Origin: Monocercomonoides exilis PA203
Lineage: Eukaryota > Protista > Preaxostyla
Assembly: GCA_001643675.2 (NCBI GenBank)
Contig: LSRY02000069.1
Span: 62,001 to 126,000 of the forward strand
Length of the DNA stretch: 64,000 bases
Reading direction: 5' to 3'
A model generated the notes under the pieces. It was not told the origin of the DNA, made no database searches, and saw only the letters and a list, made by a program, of their open reading frames with translations. Of the stretch, positions 61,100 to 64,000 are shown in pieces (positions within the stretch are counted from its first letter, which is position 1; each line of letters starts with the position of its first letter). The position numbers and the translations under genes were made by a program.

Positions 61100-62350
61100 T
61101 TCAGAAAGTGGAGATGATGGTTTTCGAGCTGATAACAATAAGCTCTTTATATACTGTGCTGTGCGAGTTCGAAATCCTGGGCGAAGTTGCGAGCATAATG
61201 TTTTCACAGATCAAGTGCACTGCGAGCAGCAGCGTGGTGGAGTGCAGGGGGTGTATGATTGGAGGTAAGGAGAAGGGGAGCGGAGACGGGGGATGTGTAA
61301 AGATCGCAGCGAGGCCGGAGGCGGCGAGGCCAGGCATAGACCCATGGATTGAGCAGCTGGGTGTTCTTGGGGGAGGCAGACGCTATTAGACAGTTGACCC
61401 TCTAGCGCGTGGTGTTTGCCATCGATGAGCTCAGCGGATTCGTGCTGGCTGCATCTGTTCCCACCTCCCCCTCTCATTTTCAACCTCCACTTCGCTAACC
61501 ACTCCTCCCACCAACCCCAACCTCGATGTCGACCTCCTCCCCTTCATCACATCCTACCGCGCCCACCAGATATTCGTCGACCAGGACACCTGCTCCTCTG
61601 CCCGCCAGTGCGGCTCCCTGCCTGCTCCCTGCGAATTCATCTCCACAACTGTGTTATACATCTGCCGCTCAATAGAAAACTCCCTCTGGATCTGCCCACT
61701 CTTCCCTCTTCTCCCTCCTCGACGGATAACTAGCTGTGTCCTCCTTCCTCTTTTCAGCGGCTGACCAGCTCGTACGCCTCAACTCCACACTCCTTTGTTC
61801 TTGCCTAGGAACCCTTCGCCTCTTCAACATATCTGTCCATTCCCTCCCCCCTCACCTGCCCTGCTCATCATGCTCTCCCCGCTTCCTCCCTCTTCCTCTC
61901 TCACGACAACCTTTCCGCCCTCAGTGCGCCTCGCCTGTGCTCCTATTCGACGATGGCTCCAGCTCCTCCCTCGAGCATCTCATCACCACGGATCTCCTTA
62001 TCGGAGGTTTCAGGGTTGTTATTCTCATCTCATCGTGTTTTATCAGTCAATAAGCTTCTTCAGCATGATTCATTTCGTCTTCACTGCCATCTCGCTCGAC
62101 AAACTCTGTTGGAGTGTGCATGCCGACAACTTCCAGCACACCAGCAATATCCTTTCCATTTGTATATTTTCTTTCACCACCAGCTGCAACCTCATCTGCT
62201 CCAACTCCAGTGCACTCAATATCGCCTCGTTCAAATGAGAAGGCGGAGTCATCCTTCCAGGCACCTCTTAGTGACTCCTCAACTGTTGATTCACTCGGCG
62301 CTGCATCAACAATCAACTCTCTCCTCAGCATTTCGTATCGATGCTTTCAG
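61100..62350. pseudogene. GC-rich pseudogene fragments; 61108-61389 resembles the surface-protein family of the ORF at 3-6266
   Basis: CRGCMIGGKEKGSGDGGCVKI resembles the GxGGGxY-type motifs of the first ORF. The remainder is stop-riddled coding-like sequence on the minus strand. Confidence 0.35.
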
Positions 62351-62567
62351 GCTTTCGTGTTAAGGAAGAAACAGATGACAAGACACACCTTGAAATCTGT
62401 CATTCTTTGCTCGGAGAGAAAGAGAGATAAGAAGTGGATATGGGGGAATTGAAGAAGGGGTAGAAGGAGAAGGAGAAGATGAAGATGAATCGAGTTATGA
62501 AGATAAAATAAGAGGATAAGGAAGAGAAAGTTGAAAAAGGGAATACGAAGAAGAGGAAGAGGAAGGA

Positions 62568-62568
<1 letters not shown>

Positions 62569-62598
<30 letters not shown>

Positions 62599-62651
62599 AA
62601 GAAGAAGAAGAAGAAGAAGAAGAAGAGGAAGAGGAAGAGGAAGAGGAAGAG
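62569..62651. repeat. (GAA)n / (GAGGAA)n microsatellite
   Basis: Uninterrupted GAA run followed by GAGGAA units. Confidence 0.95.
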
Positions 62652-64000
62652 AAAAAGAAGAAGCAGAAGCATATGAGACAGAACAAATAAAATCAGAAGG
62701 CTTAGCAAAACTTCAGCTTCACTTCTATTAGCAGAAGAGATTAAAGAAGAAGCCGAAGCAGAAGAAGAATTATCATTTTTGCTTGTTTGTTGTTCTTGAA
62801 AATTTTCTTTGTATTTCTAAAAATACATCAAACAGCATGATTTTCTGCAAAGAAGTGGAAGAAGAAGCAAAATGAGCTCACAAATTAATTATCGAAATAC
62901 GCCTTCGCATTTTCGCTTCGCTTTTGCTCCGAATGTTTTTGTTCTTTTGGAGCATAATTTTCTTCTTGTTCTTCTTGTTCTTCTTCTTTCGTTGTTCTTT
63001 TGAAAAGGATAAGTTTTCCGAATTGTCATTTTCTCCTTTTTCTGCAGCTGAAAATGTGCTTTTATTGTGAAACACATCTCCAAAGCTTCCAAATTGAACA
63101 GCCTGCCTGTCAAAATACAGATCATCTCGAATTTGAAAAACCTTCATCCACCAAACAACAAGAAAGCGATTCAACATTCTGCTTGATACACACTTTCCTC
63201 TGCTTCGCACAACCTTTGAAAAATGAATCACTTCTTTCAATCTTCTTCTTCTTCAGATATGAAACAAACGCATCTTTCTTCTTCTCAACCTGCTCCAGAG
63301 CCTTCTTCTGCTAGTCTTCGAGCTTTTTACGTTTTTTCTCAAAGTTCTTATTCTCTTCCTCCAGCTGCTCTTTTGTCTCCTTCTGTGTCTTTCATATGCA
63401 TCTTCTCCATCTACTGTTGCATCGCTTTCTCCAACTCAACTCGTTCGATGCGGCTTAAATTAGCCATCAATTTTGGCTCGGGAAAGCACAATAACGAAGA
63501 AGAAACTGGATGCTAAATTTGATTGGTGAAAGTTGGGGTGTTGGTGGAAGAAGGAGAAAAGATCACATTGAAAAAGGAGGTGAAAGTGAATGAGGTTTAG
63601 AAGGAAAAGCATTGACAATATGATTGTTATCAGATGGAATTTGCGAGGATAGAGAAGAAGGAAATGATGATGAAATCACTGAATACGTGTCATGAGCATG
63701 CCTGCCTTTCAACGAAGCTGACTTCCATGCTTCAGAATTGCTGCAATTCAGCTCGCTCAGCTCGCTTTTCTATCTCTCTTCTTCCTCTTTATCTTCGACA
63801 ATAAATTGCCCATTTCCTCTTATGTTTTTCCTCATTGCATTCTCCCCTGCTGCTTCTGCTTCCTGCTTTTTAACAATTGAACATAAAAACTCTTCCTCTG
63901 AAACGACTTTTCCAGACAATTGTTATACTTCAAAATATTTAACTCTAAATGATGTTCTGCTTCCATCAAATGATTCCAAATGGATCATTCTATCAACTTT

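Noticed and set aside
62400-64000. Poly-F, poly-S and poly-R ORFs and nearby short ORFs
   Set aside because: Products of the GAA microsatellite and decayed low-complexity DNA.

Overview
Intron-rich, AT-rich eukaryotic DNA using the standard genetic code. Gene style, short GTTTG-donor introns, lineage-specific families and the DIRS type all point to an oxymonad, most likely Monocercomonoides (inferred, not searched). Bases 1-41.1 kb are gene-dense: a giant Pmp-like surface pseudokinase, a ciliary trio (WDR60, CFAP141, BBS5), tRNA-Thr(CGT) next to DUS1, a divergent ubiquitin E1, calreticulin, SerRS, an LRR protein, CCDC81, bacterial-type PepD, CstF-64 and three paralogues of a lineage-specific helical family. 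From 41.2 kb to the end I see no intact cellular gene. That part holds a 1.8 kb foldback element (839 bp inverted arms, 8 bp TSD), a probable decayed MULE, pseudogene debris, and an intact 5.0 kb DIRS1-type tyrosine-recombinase retrotransposon nested in a pogo-like MITE. The most striking observation is at the DIRS gag/pol/YR junction: all three reading frames are open together, over a U-rich slippery site followed 9 nt later by an 11 bp stem. This suggests one site may direct both -1 (Gag-Pol) and +1 (Gag-YR) ribosomal frameshifting. Exon boundaries were read by eye and are approximate.
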